Positions 48,010 through 61,126 of a DNA stretch of 64,000 nt are shown here, one piece after another. The stretch is from the human T2T-CHM13v2.0 reference genome, Homo sapiens. Position 1 is the first letter of the stretch. The number at the start of each line of letters is the position of its first letter. Both the position numbers and the translations under genes were made by a program. The stretch is from assembly GCF_009914755.1 (NCBI RefSeq), contig NC_060942.1. One strand, written 5' to 3'. Under the pieces are notes generated by a model. It searched no databases. It was not told the DNA's origin and saw nothing but the letters and a program-made list of their open reading frames with translations.

Positions 48010-48364
48010 GAGGCGACCAGCACCAGGGGACTTTCTCCAACAGCTCATGACAGTCGGAAGTGGGAGCAGGCGGTTACATTTGCGGACAGCTGGGGGCTGA
48101 AGAGGAGATGGCCAAGTGGCTGAGAGGCTCTAAGCCATGAGAATGTGAGATAAAATGCCTGAAGAGTCCCAACTGGCCTGGGAGGCAAAGGAAGTCAGAA
48201 GACAACCAACAAAGAACAAGAAAGAATGGAAAAGCTAAAATACAAAACAGGATTTTTTATAAGATTCCACAGAATTGAAGGAGAGGGAAGAGCTGGGAGG
48301 TGTGAGGGTATGATCAAGAAGGGAACTTCGGAGTGAAGATCTGGTGACTCAACAGTTTATTCAT

Positions 48365-48525
48365 CCAGTGCAAAGTGTGGTCATCCCTGCAAACTTGTTA
48401 GAAACGCAAATGTGGGGACCACACCTCAGATTTAATGAATCAGAAACTGTGATTGGGACCAGCAATCCACTAAAACAATCCTTCCAGGTGATTACAATGC
48501 ATGTTAAAGTTTGAGAATCATTGTT
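48365..48525. mobile_element. MER5A-like DNA transposon relic
   Basis: caaagtgtggtc...cttgttagaaacgcaaat...gaatcagaaact...ccaggtgatt...aaagtttgagaatcattg. Confidence 0.7.
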
Positions 48526-48621
48526 CTACTATAATGTGAAGAAACCTGAAAAGGAAAGGAACAAATAATTCTGAAGGAGCTCATCAAAGGTTTCCCAAAC
48601 CATGTTACATGCCTTAAAGAT

Positions 48622-48813
48622 TAAGGTTCTCAAAGTGTGATACCCAAACCAGCAGCATCAGTGTCACCCAGAAAATTGCTAGAAGTAAAAATTTGGGAGC
48701 ATCAGTGAAAATGTGGGCCTCTGCTGAATCAAAAACTCTGGGAGTAGGGCCCAGCAATCTGTTTCCACAAGCCCTCCAGGTGATTCTGATGCAGCTAACT
48801 TTAAGAACTATTG
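48622..48813. mobile_element. MER5A-like DNA transposon relic
   Basis: ggttctcaaagtgtg...accagcagcatcag...ctgaatcaaaaactctgggagtagggcccagcaatctg...caagccctccaggtgattctgatgca. Confidence 0.8.
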
Positions 48814-49019
48814 CTCCCTATGAGGGCCAGTTTCCAGTTGCAGGTGGCCCTACAGACAGGATAGCCTCAGAATTCCGACTACAGTCCCTGTTCTTGAATT
48901 TCCATGAGTCTCCATCCTCCCCAAACATGCATTTTTGCACTACAGCCCATTACTTGAGCAAGCTTGAGTGATTTCTGTTCCTTGCAAAAGAAAGCATCTG
49001 ATTAAACACCATGCTTAGA

Positions 49020-49900
49020 ATTTCAGTCTTCAGTCTATATGTACTGTGAAGCCAGTGGATGCTTTAAGCAAAGAAATGTCACAGTAAGTTTTGGACTTGT
49101 TTCTCCTCTTCCCTGCCTATTGTTTTTGTGGATGTTTTGATTTTTTTAAAAAAGATACTACTGATGGCAATTTTAGGGATCACGGTATAGAATAAGAAAG
49201 GAAGACTGATCATAGAAATATCAGGAAGGAGATCATGGCGCACGCAGGCATGATATGACGAGGTCTCGATTTGAGATAGCTCTCCCTTTCCCCATGCTGT
49301 GAGGATTGACAGGAGCAGAAAGAATGCAGAGAGCCATCTGAATGAGACGTGACAAAACTGGACAATCAATGACATGAGAAAGAGGACTCTGACATTTCTA
49401 GCTTAGGAGAGTGAATTTATGATTATGCCTGCCACTATGCAAGACAAAACTAGAGGAGGGGGCTTAGTACATTTTCAGAGACGCTGAATCTTTGAAATCC
49501 AAAGGCATCTAAAGGAGACTTAGGAGGAACCCTCTAGAGACATTGCAGGAGAAAGTTCAAGGCTAGAACCATGGATCTAGTGCCCATCAGTGTGCAGGGT
49601 ACTAAAGCAGAGGAAATCCCAGGGAGTGTGTGTAGCATGGGGTTGGTAGGGCCAAGAGGAGGAGCCTAGTGACCTGCAGCATTTAAGATGTGGGTGGAGG
49701 AAAAACAACCATAAAGGATAGTGAGAAGGGGCAGCCAGAGAAACGGGAGGAATGCAGGTGGAAATGCTTTCAAGTAGAGAACTTCACTGTCAAATTTGAT
49801 TTAAAAAGTAAAACAGCATGAGGACTGAACAAAGACAACTGAATTCAGTTAGCTAGAAAGACATCAGTGGCCTTTACCTGAGGCTGACTACAGTGCTTGA
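49020..49900 (-). mobile_element. L2 relic
   Basis: Purine-rich L2-like tracts (gactctgacatttctagctt...; gaggactgaac...actgaattcag...catcagtggccttt). Confidence 0.55.
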
Positions 49901-50302
49901 CTGAAGATGCAGGAAAAAGTAGGGATGTGAGGCTGGAGAAAGAGGTGACATCAGGGGCAAGTGGGAGGGTTTGCCTCGGGATCGTTTCCACTGAAAAAAC
50001 AGGGAATGTGTGCTGATGCAGGCAGGCCTGCAGGTAAGCAGGAGAAGGCTGGAGGACAGTTTGTGATGAGGACGAGGCTCACAGGTGTGCATGTGGAAAC
50101 ATGCACTAAAATGGTACCTTCACATGTGGCAAACTCAATCACGACATTGCATTAATGGGAAATTATCAAGGTTTTTTAGCCATACTCAATCATGAGATTG
50201 CATCAATAGGGAAATCATCAATGTTTTATTCATGTATGACAAGACAAAGGGAAAAAAATCCAAGCGAGGTGCTCATTGGTTCAGCCAACACTTATTAAGT
50301 AC

Positions 50303-50833
50303 TGTGAAAGGAAAAGAAAACTCAGGACCCCACAATCACTAAGCCAAAGGGAAAGGTCAAGCTGGGAACTGCTTAGGGCAAACCTGCTTCCCACTCTGTT
50401 CCTAAATAAGATAGCTACAAAGATAAAAAGCCACATACCTCCCTCACAATTTGTCCACAAGGAAATTCCTCGTGGACAAAGGACAGACAGAACTCAAAGT
50501 CATCCCTCTGCTCACTGAGATAAATGTGTATCTGATTGCTTCCTTTGGAAAGGCTAATTAGAAACTCAGAGAAATGCAACCATTTGTCTCTTACCTACCT
50601 ATGACCTAGGAGCTCCCTCCCTGCTTCGAGGTGTCCCGCCTTTCCAGATCAAGCCAAGGTACATCTTACATATATTGACTGATGTCTTATGTCTCCCTAA
50701 AATGTATAAAATGAAGCTGTGCCTGGACCACCTCAGGCCCATGTCATCAGGACCTCCTGAGGGCGCAGCCTTAACCTTGGCAAAATAATTTTTAAATTGA
50801 TTGAGACCTGTCTCCAGTACCTTTTGGCTTACA
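50303..50833 (+). mobile_element. MER4A-type solo LTR (ERV1 class) inserted into an L2 3' end
   Basis: TG...CA termini; tgtgaaaggaaaagaaaactcaggacccc...cactaagccaaagggaaaggtcaagctgggaact; 4-bp TSD GTAC at 50299-50302 and 50834-50837. Confidence 0.9.
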
Positions 50834-51570
50834 GTACCTTCTATGAGACAGACCCTGTGTTAGGTGACAATGACTCAAATAAGGATAAGATATGGTTCTT
50901 GCCCCTAAAGAGCTTGCAGCTTAGTGGAGGAACTAGATAACTATCATACAAGGAAAATCCAATTGCAAACATATGAGCTAAGGGCTAAGAATACAGTGGA
51001 CAGAGTAATCAGCATTGTCATGAGGACAGTATTCATCCAGTCCTCATTTTTCATTCCAAAAATATTAATTGAATGCTTACTATGTGCTCAGAGCTTATAG
51101 TCCAGCACAAAACAAAGCATTAAAAAAAAAAAAAAAACCCTACCTGTATCCATCATAAATTCTAGTGGGTGAAGACAGACAATAAACAAGACAAATAAGT
51201 AAAATACATGGCATGTCAGACAACAGTAAGTGTTAAGAAGAAAAATAAAGACAAAGAAAAGAAATAGGAAATGCTAGCAGTTAGCGGCTCTATAAATTTC
51301 CGATGTGGTGACTTATGAGAAATAAGGAAGACAAGAAAAGAACGGAATTGCATCTTTAAAGCACTGAAAGCCATAAAACTGTCAAGTAAGAATTATACAT
51401 CCAATGAAAACATCCTTCAAAAATGAGAGTAAAATAACAAAATTTTCAGATTAAATAAAAAATGATTTTTACATGTCTATAATTTCATTTCTAGAGTACA
51501 AGTTTCCACTCTTGACTGAGTTCTTCCTTACCCTAGAGTGTTTATTATGTCTCTTAAAAATATTCTCATA

Positions 51571-51756
51571 AGGAAGGGGAACATCACACTCTGGGGACTG
51601 TTGTGGGGTGGGGGGAGGGGGGAGGGATAGTATTGGGAGATATACCTAATGCTAGATGACGAGTTAGTGGGTGCAGCGCACCAGCATGGCACATGTATAC
51701 ATATGTAACTAACCTGCACAATGTGCACATGTACCCTAAAACTTAAAGTATAATAA
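51571..51756 (+). mobile_element. Very short 5'-truncated young L1 (L1PA2-type 3'UTR)
   Basis: gggagatatacctaatgctagatgacGAGttagtgggtgcagcgcaccagc...cttaAagtataataaa; TSD AAAAATATTCT(C/T)ATA at 51556-51570 and 51757-51771. Confidence 0.92.
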
Positions 51757-51774
51757 AAAAATATTCTTATAAAA

Positions 51775-53330
51775 CATTTTCTAAGTCTTTAATCTATTTG
51801 AAATTTATTTTTACACGGAAAAAGGCCACTTGGGCAAGCATAACCAATTAAATAAAAAATCTATGCTGTGTCCTCCTGAGCTGATTTACCATCTTTCTCG
51901 TATATTACATGCTCACATATCTCCTTCTGGTTTCTCTATCCTGTTCCACAGATTCCTGTTTCTATTACTATACCACCAGAACGTTGGGGATTTAGGCATA
52001 AAAATATTTTATTCAATTGAAATTAAAACCAGTTGAGATTCTGTTTTACAAGTGAAATAAATATTAATGTGGGAGAGCTGTCATGTTTGTGGTATAGCTT
52101 TCCATTTATTCAAATAGTAATTTCTATCCTTCAGTAGGATTTTTCAGTTTTCTTCATATAAGGCCCTTCCCATGTCTTATTCAACTTACTCTAAATATTT
52201 TATATTGTATTGCTATTATGAATGGAATATTTTTCCTTTTTTAATTTCTAAGTGCTGATGGTTGAAATACAGAAAAGGTAATAATAAGTTTTTGTATTTA
52301 TCTTATATCCCACCACTTCAACATTCTTGTATTAATTCCAATAGTTTATCATTAGATTCTCCTGGGTTTTCTAGGTATAAAATCTTATCATGTGTAAATA
52401 TGTGTCTTATCATCTGTAAATATGCAGCTAAGTGGAGGAACCATACCTATGTGTTTATATATACATGTATACATATATACAAATACATATCTATGTATAT
52501 ATAAACACATATATATGTATTTTTTAATCTCTTCTTTCCAAAGTTTGTAGTGCTCATTTAATTTTCTTGCTTATTTCATTTGCTAAAAATTCCAAGACAA
52601 TAATGAATATTAATGATGATAGTGGTATCCCCGGCTGTTTCCTGAATTGAATTGAAGGGTTTTAATGTTTTGCTATATATTTGCTGTTACATTATGGTAA
52701 ATAATTTTTATTATATTCAATCCTATTTTACATAAGTTGCTTTGCAAAGAATGGAAGTTAAATTTTATCGAAAGCCATTTTAGTATCTAGAGATCATTAC
52801 ATGGCGAGTCATGTAGTTTAATTTATGGCTGTATATATTATGTTGGCAGATTTTATAAAATTGAACCCTGTGTTATCACTGAATTTTACATTACTCATCA
52901 TTATACCTCCTTAGTAATATACCAGGATATCATTCTTCTAATATATTGCTGGATTATATTTGCCAATATCTATCTAGAATTTCATATTTGTATTTATATG
53001 TGATATGCATCTATAGTCTAGTTTTGCTTTTTGTACTATCTTCCTCGGGTTTCATTTCTTGGCTTTACAAAGAAACTTTCACCTTTTTCTGTGACCTGGA
53101 AGAGTTTGACTATCATTGGAATTATCTGTTCTTTTAAAGATAAAGATCAGTGCTGCTGTGAGCCCCTCTGGCCCTCACTTATCAATGTCTTCTACTGGTC
53201 TATTCAAATGTTCAACCTTTTCCTGAGTGCCCTGTGATAATCTTTAGTTTGCTAGGAAATCACCTGGTCCTTCCAGGTGTTCAAATTAATTTCTATAGGG
53301 ATATATGTATTATTCTTTCTCGCTTTTACT
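51775..53330 (-). mobile_element. Ancient L1M fragment
   Basis: ttcagttttcttcatataag...gattctcctgggttttctaggtataaaatc...gatgatagtggtatccc degenerate ORF2 antisense. Confidence 0.65.
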
Positions 53331-55034
53331 TAAAAAAAAAAAAAACTTCTTCCACATCTTTGGTTTTCCCCTTCTTGTTTAGTAATTAAACTTAAGATCA
53401 TATGGAACATACTGGTTTCTGGCCTACAAGAATGGGTAAACAGTGACAGGGTTAAAAGTGACCAGGAACGTAGAGAAAAAATTGGGGGCAGGGGCGGTGA
53501 TTTGATAAGGATGAAGGACAGCCAAGTGGAATTCACTTTCAGCATAGAGTTGAGACTTAAATCTGCAGCTAAGTAGCATAACCAGAATAGAAACAAGATG
53601 ATAACAAAAGTCACCCAGAGAAAAAGTGCAAAATGAGAAGAAAACATAGTTGAAACACAAGGGAATCCCAACATGTAAATGGAAGGCAGAGAGTGAAGAA
53701 TTGATAAAACAAAAAGCATTGAGACATAAAAGCTAGGACAGACTGATATGTCAGATTACAAGTAAAGAACAAGAGAAGAGTGAGGAGAAGAGGAGGGGGA
53801 AAGAGAGGGGAAGGAGAAGGAGAGGAAATAGTCAACACCTCACTTGAACGTCAGATGGGTGAATGTGGACACAGGGATGAAGACAAGAAGAAACTGCCAA
53901 ACAGATGGAGGATCACTTTAACAGCAGGACTGAATGCTGAACAGAATTCCTGAATGGGCCCAGTCCTGTCACTAGAGAGGAATCAAGAACAAAGAGATCT
54001 CAGATTTCTTACTGGGATATTCATGTGATGGTGAAGTCTGCAGTAAAGAGCACATCTGTGTGCAGATTTCCCACTGTTAACTGATTTCTCCCTTGCCATG
54101 TAGTAGATGTGGGGAAGGAAGGTCTATGAATGTAATTTGCATCACTGAGACTCCATAAAATATACTCCATATAATTAGGAGGTTAATATTAAGATAATCC
54201 CTCATGAATACCACCCTGTAAGTCATCAGATTAACAACCACCTATATGAGATGGCAGTATTCACTTCATAAAGTACTTAACTACATATTTCCCTTGACCT
54301 TTTTCCTCTATATATCCTAGAGCCACCGAATGTAATAGATTAAATATAATATAGCTCCGGTTATTACTGCTACTTTCATTAATTTGACTCTGTGAGTCAG
54401 AATTTAGATTTTCCTCTATTCAAGACATCCCCTGGTGGGCTTCAATTAATGGACACACTTAAAATATTATTCAAGATTATTTTTTCCCTTGACAGTAAAA
54501 ATGTTTCAAATAAATTCTTTTCAAAATCATATCTCAACTCCACAGCTCGCTAACCTTTCAAAACACTAGTCATTCTCAATGAATGTAAATTTAAAATCCG
54601 TAAAGGAACACTGAATTTCAGTTCACTAGCAGATCACTTGAGGTAAAAGGAGGGTATTTTTATTAGTTGAAAGTTAAATTAGCACTGTTTAAAAGAAAAA
54701 TCTAATGTAAAATCATCTAAAACAGTTTCATAAAATGAAATCCCTGGAAAGTGCATTCGAAGCAGCCAGTGAAGAGTTCTATTAGTTCACAGGGGCATTT
54801 TCCCCACTGAGCTTTTTATGACTCTTTTGGAATGAGAGTCCCTTTGCCCTGACTTGAATTACAATGTTGTGTCAATGTAACCAGAAAGTGCAATAGCTGT
54901 TAGACCTAATGACTGAAAGCCCTAAACTGTGTGCTAACAGAGCTGCATAATAGTACTGTTCCCTTAGCAACAGATACAAGTAATTCCCATTTCCTTCAAG
55001 GAAACCTAAAGTGATTGTTCTGTAGCTTCAAATG

Positions 55035-55516
55035 TGTGATAGGTAGGATAACGGCCTTCCAAAGATGTCCACATCCTTATCCTTAGAAACTGTGAATTCA
55101 TTATCTGACATGGCAAAATAATTTTGCAGAGGTGGTTAAGCTAAGGTCCTTGAGATGGAGAGAGTGTCTTGGATTATCCCAGTGGCCCCAGTGTAATCAC
55201 AGGAGTCCTAAGTGGAAGAGCTTTCCCAGCTGTGGCCAGAGGAAAAAGTGACCACAACAGGAGCACAAGAGAGATCCGACCTTGCTAGTTTTGAAGATGG
55301 AGGAAGGGGCCATGAGCCAAGGAATGCAAAAGCTGGAAAAGAAAAGGAAACAGATCCTCCCCTTGAGCCTTCAGAAGGAAGCAGCCCTCCTCACACCTTG
55401 ACTCTGGCCCACAGAGACCCACATCACACTTCTAACCTACAGAACTGTAAGATAATAAATTTCTACTGCTTGAGCCGCTATGTCTGTGTTGATGGCAGGA
55501 AGAGGAAATTAATACA
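55035..55516 (+). mobile_element. MLT1D-type solo LTR (ERVL-MaLR)
   Basis: tgtgataggtaggataacggcc...aaagatgtccacatcc...tttgaagatggaggaaggggccatgagccaaggaatgc...cagaactgtaagataataaat...aattaataca; near 5-bp TSD aaatg/gaatg. Confidence 0.88.
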
Positions 55517-56609
55517 GAATGTACATCAGGAATAATCACTGCTGATATTTAGTAAACTGTTCAAACTCACCACCAAAAAGTTTCCAAATGCTCAGTAACT
55601 GGGAAAATTGACAAAATAGTCATATTTAATCTGCCTGAAAAATAAAAAGTAATGCATAAAGAATAAATTAGTTTAACATAATAGTTGTCACATGGTAGGT
55701 ACTGTATTCTCTGATTTGAACTCAGGTTCACTGTATGAAATACAAAACAAAGCATCCATAGCTAACATTTTCCTCTCTTTGAGCTGATGTTCAGGGAAAT
55801 AATTAATGATACATACATAGACGGCACCAAAGAAGCCTTCACTATCCTACTGTTTTTGTACATAAAGCTTATGGTGTTAATTCTCCAAAATAGTTTTAAA
55901 TACTGTCATAAATTGTCAGGGCTGAAATATATTTAACAAATCAGGTAACCATTTTAAACATAAAAAGGATGATTTCCCCCAAGGTTTACTTGTGGCAGTA
56001 ATGTCTTATTTCATGGACCAATTACCCTAATAAGCCATAAATGTGCCACTGATTTGAATAACTGGTTTCAGTTCTCAAGCATCCTTTCTGTGTTTTAAAA
56101 ATCATAAACAAAATAGAATTTTCTTGTGAAATTAAATCCTGACCTACTTAATTCAGATTTGCTATTATAAAAAATTAATTACGACAACAACTAGCTGAGA
56201 AAAATTACAAATATTTTCTCCTAAAATCCTAAGCACAATGAAGACAACTACAGGTAAATAGAAGTGCTAGGAAAATAGCAAACCATGGTAATGTAGTTAT
56301 CAACATATAGCAAAATTAAAATATTAGTATCATAAACTTTTAAAAACTGGCTTTAGATAACTTGATGCTTATTTGGGGAACAAATACATTTCTACTTGAA
56401 AATCCATTATCACCCGGACAGATTCATTCTGGGTTATCTATTACCAATACAGAGCTGTCTCTCCACAAGAGACGCTATCACATTCCTGCTGAAAGCTTCA
56501 AAGTCCTTTTATTAACTATGGGATAGCGTCCAACCAGCTGAGCACAGCAAACAAAGTGCTTCTCCATGAGTCTAAACCAACTTTCAGCCTCATCAACTGT
56601 TCTCTCTAG

Positions 56610-57550
56610 TTACTAATTAAACCAATACTCATGGAGGACCTACTGTGTACTAGGCTCTATGGGCACAAAAGGAAACAAAATTGTCCATCACACTTCCCTC
56701 ACGAGCTTTAAAATCTACTGGAGAGGGATCAAATAATCTGATATAATTGCAAACCATACTAAGTAAGTGCTTTTACAGAATACAAGGCCATGAGAGCACA
56801 GAATAGGAGCCCAAGACTTGTCTGAGAAATCAGGAAAAGCTTCCCTGACAAGTGGCATGGAAGCCAGAGCTTTTAGCAACACATGTACCTATAATTAGGC
56901 AAAGGAAGGACTTGGAGAGGGAGAGGAGGGACATTTCAGGCAGAAAGGATGGCAGGTACAAGGGTTCCACGGCAGGACCTCAAATAAGGCCAGCACTGTG
57001 GGAGCAGGAGGAAAGAAGGGGCACATTGCAGGAGACGAGGCTCGGGAGACCGGAAAGGGCAAGATGCTTCAGAGCTTGGAGGCCTTAGTAAGAATTTCGC
57101 CCACATCCTATCCTACAGGCAATGGGAAGCACTGGAAAGGTTTTAAGCAAAGGAAAGGTAGGCAGGTGGACAGGATCAGGCTCATGTACTGAAAAGAACA
57201 ATGCAGCTGGCATTGTGCACCTGGATTAGGGAGTACCAAGAGCAGGCCTGGGGAGATCAACTGCGAAGTCCAAGCACGGGGTGACAGCTTGGACTCAAGT
57301 GGCACAGGGAAGACGAAAATAAGTGGACAGATGAGAAATGTTCCAGAAACAGAAGCAACAGCCTCCCTTGTCAGATTGCCCAAGGGAAGTAAAAAAAGAA
57401 AAAGGTCCCTTGAACCTCCAGGCAGCCCCTGAGGTCCTGGCTTGTGCTGCTGATGGGCAGTGCATTCACTGATCTTGGGAGCAACGCCTCCTCTCCAAGA
57501 CCCACAGGTACAGGCTTTCCTAAGATGAGAGTGACGTTAAATCCAGCATG
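56610..57550 (-). mobile_element. L2 relic
   Basis: gaggacctactgtgtactagg...aatcaggaaaagcttccctga...caatgggaagcactggaaaggttttaagca. Confidence 0.65.
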
Positions 57551-58809
57551 TAAGAGCCCTTTCATCCCAAAATAATTAACACATTTCTCATGCTTTCTGA
57601 AAGTTTGTATATTTTTATAATCCTATATATCTGTTAAATCTGTTCAACTTACTAAAGGCCAAGCACATGCCTCTGTCATTTTCCCATGCTCTTCACTTTC
57701 ATCAGGACAGTCACAAACTATTGGCAAAAATCTATTTTCACTTAAAGTGCTTTTTGAAAAAGTTATTTTCTACACATAGCTACATCCCAAAGAGGCTTCA
57801 GGAAAGGCTTGTGAGAAACATATTGTACTATTTCTGGTTATGTAAGAAAAGAAAAACCAAATGAGTTTTTAAAGGTTTAGACTTCAACTCTGACTACTCC
57901 TCAAAGAAAAATAAGTTCTTTCCTAAGCAGGATAAAAATACTAAAGGAAATATTATTTAATTTAATTAAAACTATTTAATTCTCTAAATAGTTTTAAAAA
58001 CAGTCCTATAGGAACCTCCTAAGCAAAATATGAGCATCTACACCAAAAAGAGCCTCAAAGTTATTTTAAAAATGAATAAATTCCCTATTTAAGCTGTTCC
58101 AAAAAATACCATTTATTAGTATCTCCCTAGAGTCAAACACATTACAAACATTTTCTCATTTAATCTTGACAATTTTATGGGGTAAGATATATTATCTATT
58201 ACTCCCATTTCACAAGCAAGAGAATTGAGGCTTGGAAAAGCTAAGTATAATCACTTGTTGAAAGCCACAACATGCCAATTAAGTGGCAAAACCAAAATTC
58301 AGACAAGGTCTGTTTGATTCTAAGCACACACACTCTACACTTCCTTTCAAATATAAAAAGAAGTCACTCTTCAGAAGGAATAACTAAAAGTTCAGATTTC
58401 TAAAAGGTAAGATTTCTAAAAGACAAAACCACAGCTAAATAACCAAAGTCTGGGCGATCATTCTCTACGTATGTGGCCGGCAGCCACGCACTGGCCTAAA
58501 CATTAGGGAAATTTCTGTGTATTGCACTATAATGCTTTAATTGTGAGTTAGATGCTGTCTTAGGGGAAAATCTTTGTTGTTGTTGTTTGGTATCATTCAA
58601 TTATGCATACGAAGTCAGGAGAAAAATAAGATTCCAGGAGTGAACATTCATTTCCAAGTGAATTTTTAAGGAATTAGTCTATTCTACAAAGTGAGCTACC
58701 ATACAAATACAGCTCCGTGCTTACACGCTGAAATAACAGCAATTTAGCAAAACAGCAAAGCCACATCACCAATTCCTATCTCCTTCCTGCTGCAGAGGGA
58801 AATCCACAG

Positions 58810-59690
58810 GGGCTCTCACGGAGCCCACATGTCAGACCCACCCGGGCGTCGAGACTCAAAACACGACCATCACATGGCTGTCCCTCCTGGGAAAGTCGAA
58901 GCCAAAGACGAGGCCAAGCAAAAGGGCCGGGAGGAGGAAAGGGCCCGCAGCTCAGCTCAGCCGGGCGAGGCGGGAGGCAGGCACTCAGCTCCCTCGCTGG
59001 CTCCCACACCGCCGCAGCGCCGCCACCTTGGAGGGGACGCACTGGCCGGCTGCGCACGCAGGCTGTTCCCAAGCCCCCGGTCGCTTTTCTTCCACATCAG
59101 GCTCTCCTCCATGTCATCTGTGCCCTTCTTCAGGGCAGTATCCTATTCTGCCTCATCCTCTCGGCCTTCTCCTTTCCCTTCTCTTTCCCTCCTGAGCAAT
59201 TCTATGATCCCATGCTGAAGCCACTCTGTGCAACAGAGCAAGGTGGGAGGACATGGGTGGAGGCAGCTAGAGCGACCTTGGCCTCGAGCCCGCTGGAGGA
59301 GCCCAAACTGGTAGGAGGGCATCTGCACAGGGGCCGCCCAGCGTGGGCAGTCGGAGCCCGGAACGGGGAGGGAAAACATCCACAAGTTGGGGAGTAGGCA
59401 CAGGCCTCAGAGCCTGGCAGGGCAGCCTGGCATGGGCGGGGGCGGGAATGAACCCTAAACAAGGCGTTGAGGGCACCCACCTGGAGGCTGACCCAGCGAG
59501 GGGAGTCCAGTTTCCGGAGGGCGTCGAGAGGACGGCTTCTGCGGGGCAGCCTGGTGCGGTATTAACGCCCACTCAGGGCGAGGAGGCGTCCGCAGAGGGG
59601 TGGCCTCTGCCAGCTCTTGGAGCAAAGGAGCTTGAAGATGACATCCACAGGGAGGCAGCCGGATGGTGGAGCCCACGTGGGATGAGGTGG
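58810..59690. promoter_or_regulatory. Intragenic GC/CpG-rich island-like segment
   Basis: About 48 CpGs in about 870 bp by manual count against AT-rich flanks; GGGCGGGGGCGGGA (Sp1/EGR) near 59434, CCCACGTGGG E-box at 59672, TGCGCAC at 59051. Confidence 0.55.
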
Positions 59691-59987
59691 CCATGGATGC
59701 CAGGGAGGGGTTGGTGGCAGCACTGAAGGATGGTGGGGGCACTGAACAAATAAGCAACTATACAACTAAGGGGAACAGAGCCACGTTTCTCACTGGCAAA
59801 GACTGGGATTCAAATATACAAAGAGGGAGAACTGTTACTAGAATGAATCCTGTGGGATGGGACTGGAATTGGAGGTATCACTGTTAATTCCGATTTCCAT
59901 GTGAGATTTCAATATATAGAGATGCACCTATATTAAAATAGTGCTATAAAGTGTGTGTGTGTGTGTGTATAGCAATTTGTAAGTATA
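59690..59987 (+). mobile_element. L1MC/MD-type 3'UTR fragment
   Basis: gagccacgtttctcactg...actagaatgaatcctgtggg...ggactggaattggaggtatca. Confidence 0.65.
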
Positions 59988-60193
59988 TGTGAAAGTCATC
60001 ATATAAATTGGGCCATTCTTGTCATTTCCAACTAAAACAGAGCCAAGAAGTCAGGGAAAAAGCACCCAGGGCACATACCATTGCTCCAAAGATGTAATTC
60101 CCTGCAAGCCCTGCTGCTGAAGTCACCTGCTGCAACCTGAGGCCAGTTTTACCTGATGGATACTGAAGCAAGCTGCTGTGACTCTAAGACTAG

Positions 60194-60596
<403 letters not shown>

Positions 60597-60648
60597 TGAA
60601 CTTTCTTTCAAAACAATACCTAACATTTCCCCTTCTTATAAAACCTCC

Positions 60649-61080
<432 letters not shown>

Positions 61081-61126
61081 TTAAAAGGAAACATTTTAAA
61101 TCTCCATATTTTATTTCATTTCACCA

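Noticed and set aside
50133-50230. Degenerate ~52-bp tandem duplication (actcaatca...gggaaat.atcaa.gttttt)
   Set aside because: Two diverged copies only; an old local duplication with no sign of function.
53330-53838. Hydrophobic 129-aa minus-strand ORF resembling a membrane protein
   Set aside because: Result of T/C-rich strand composition in a degenerate repeat region; no splice or domain support.
58776-59887. Many overlapping ORFs on both strands in the GC-rich block
   Set aside because: Stop-poor because of high GC; no recognisable domain or parent gene, so neither a CDS nor a processed pseudogene is called.
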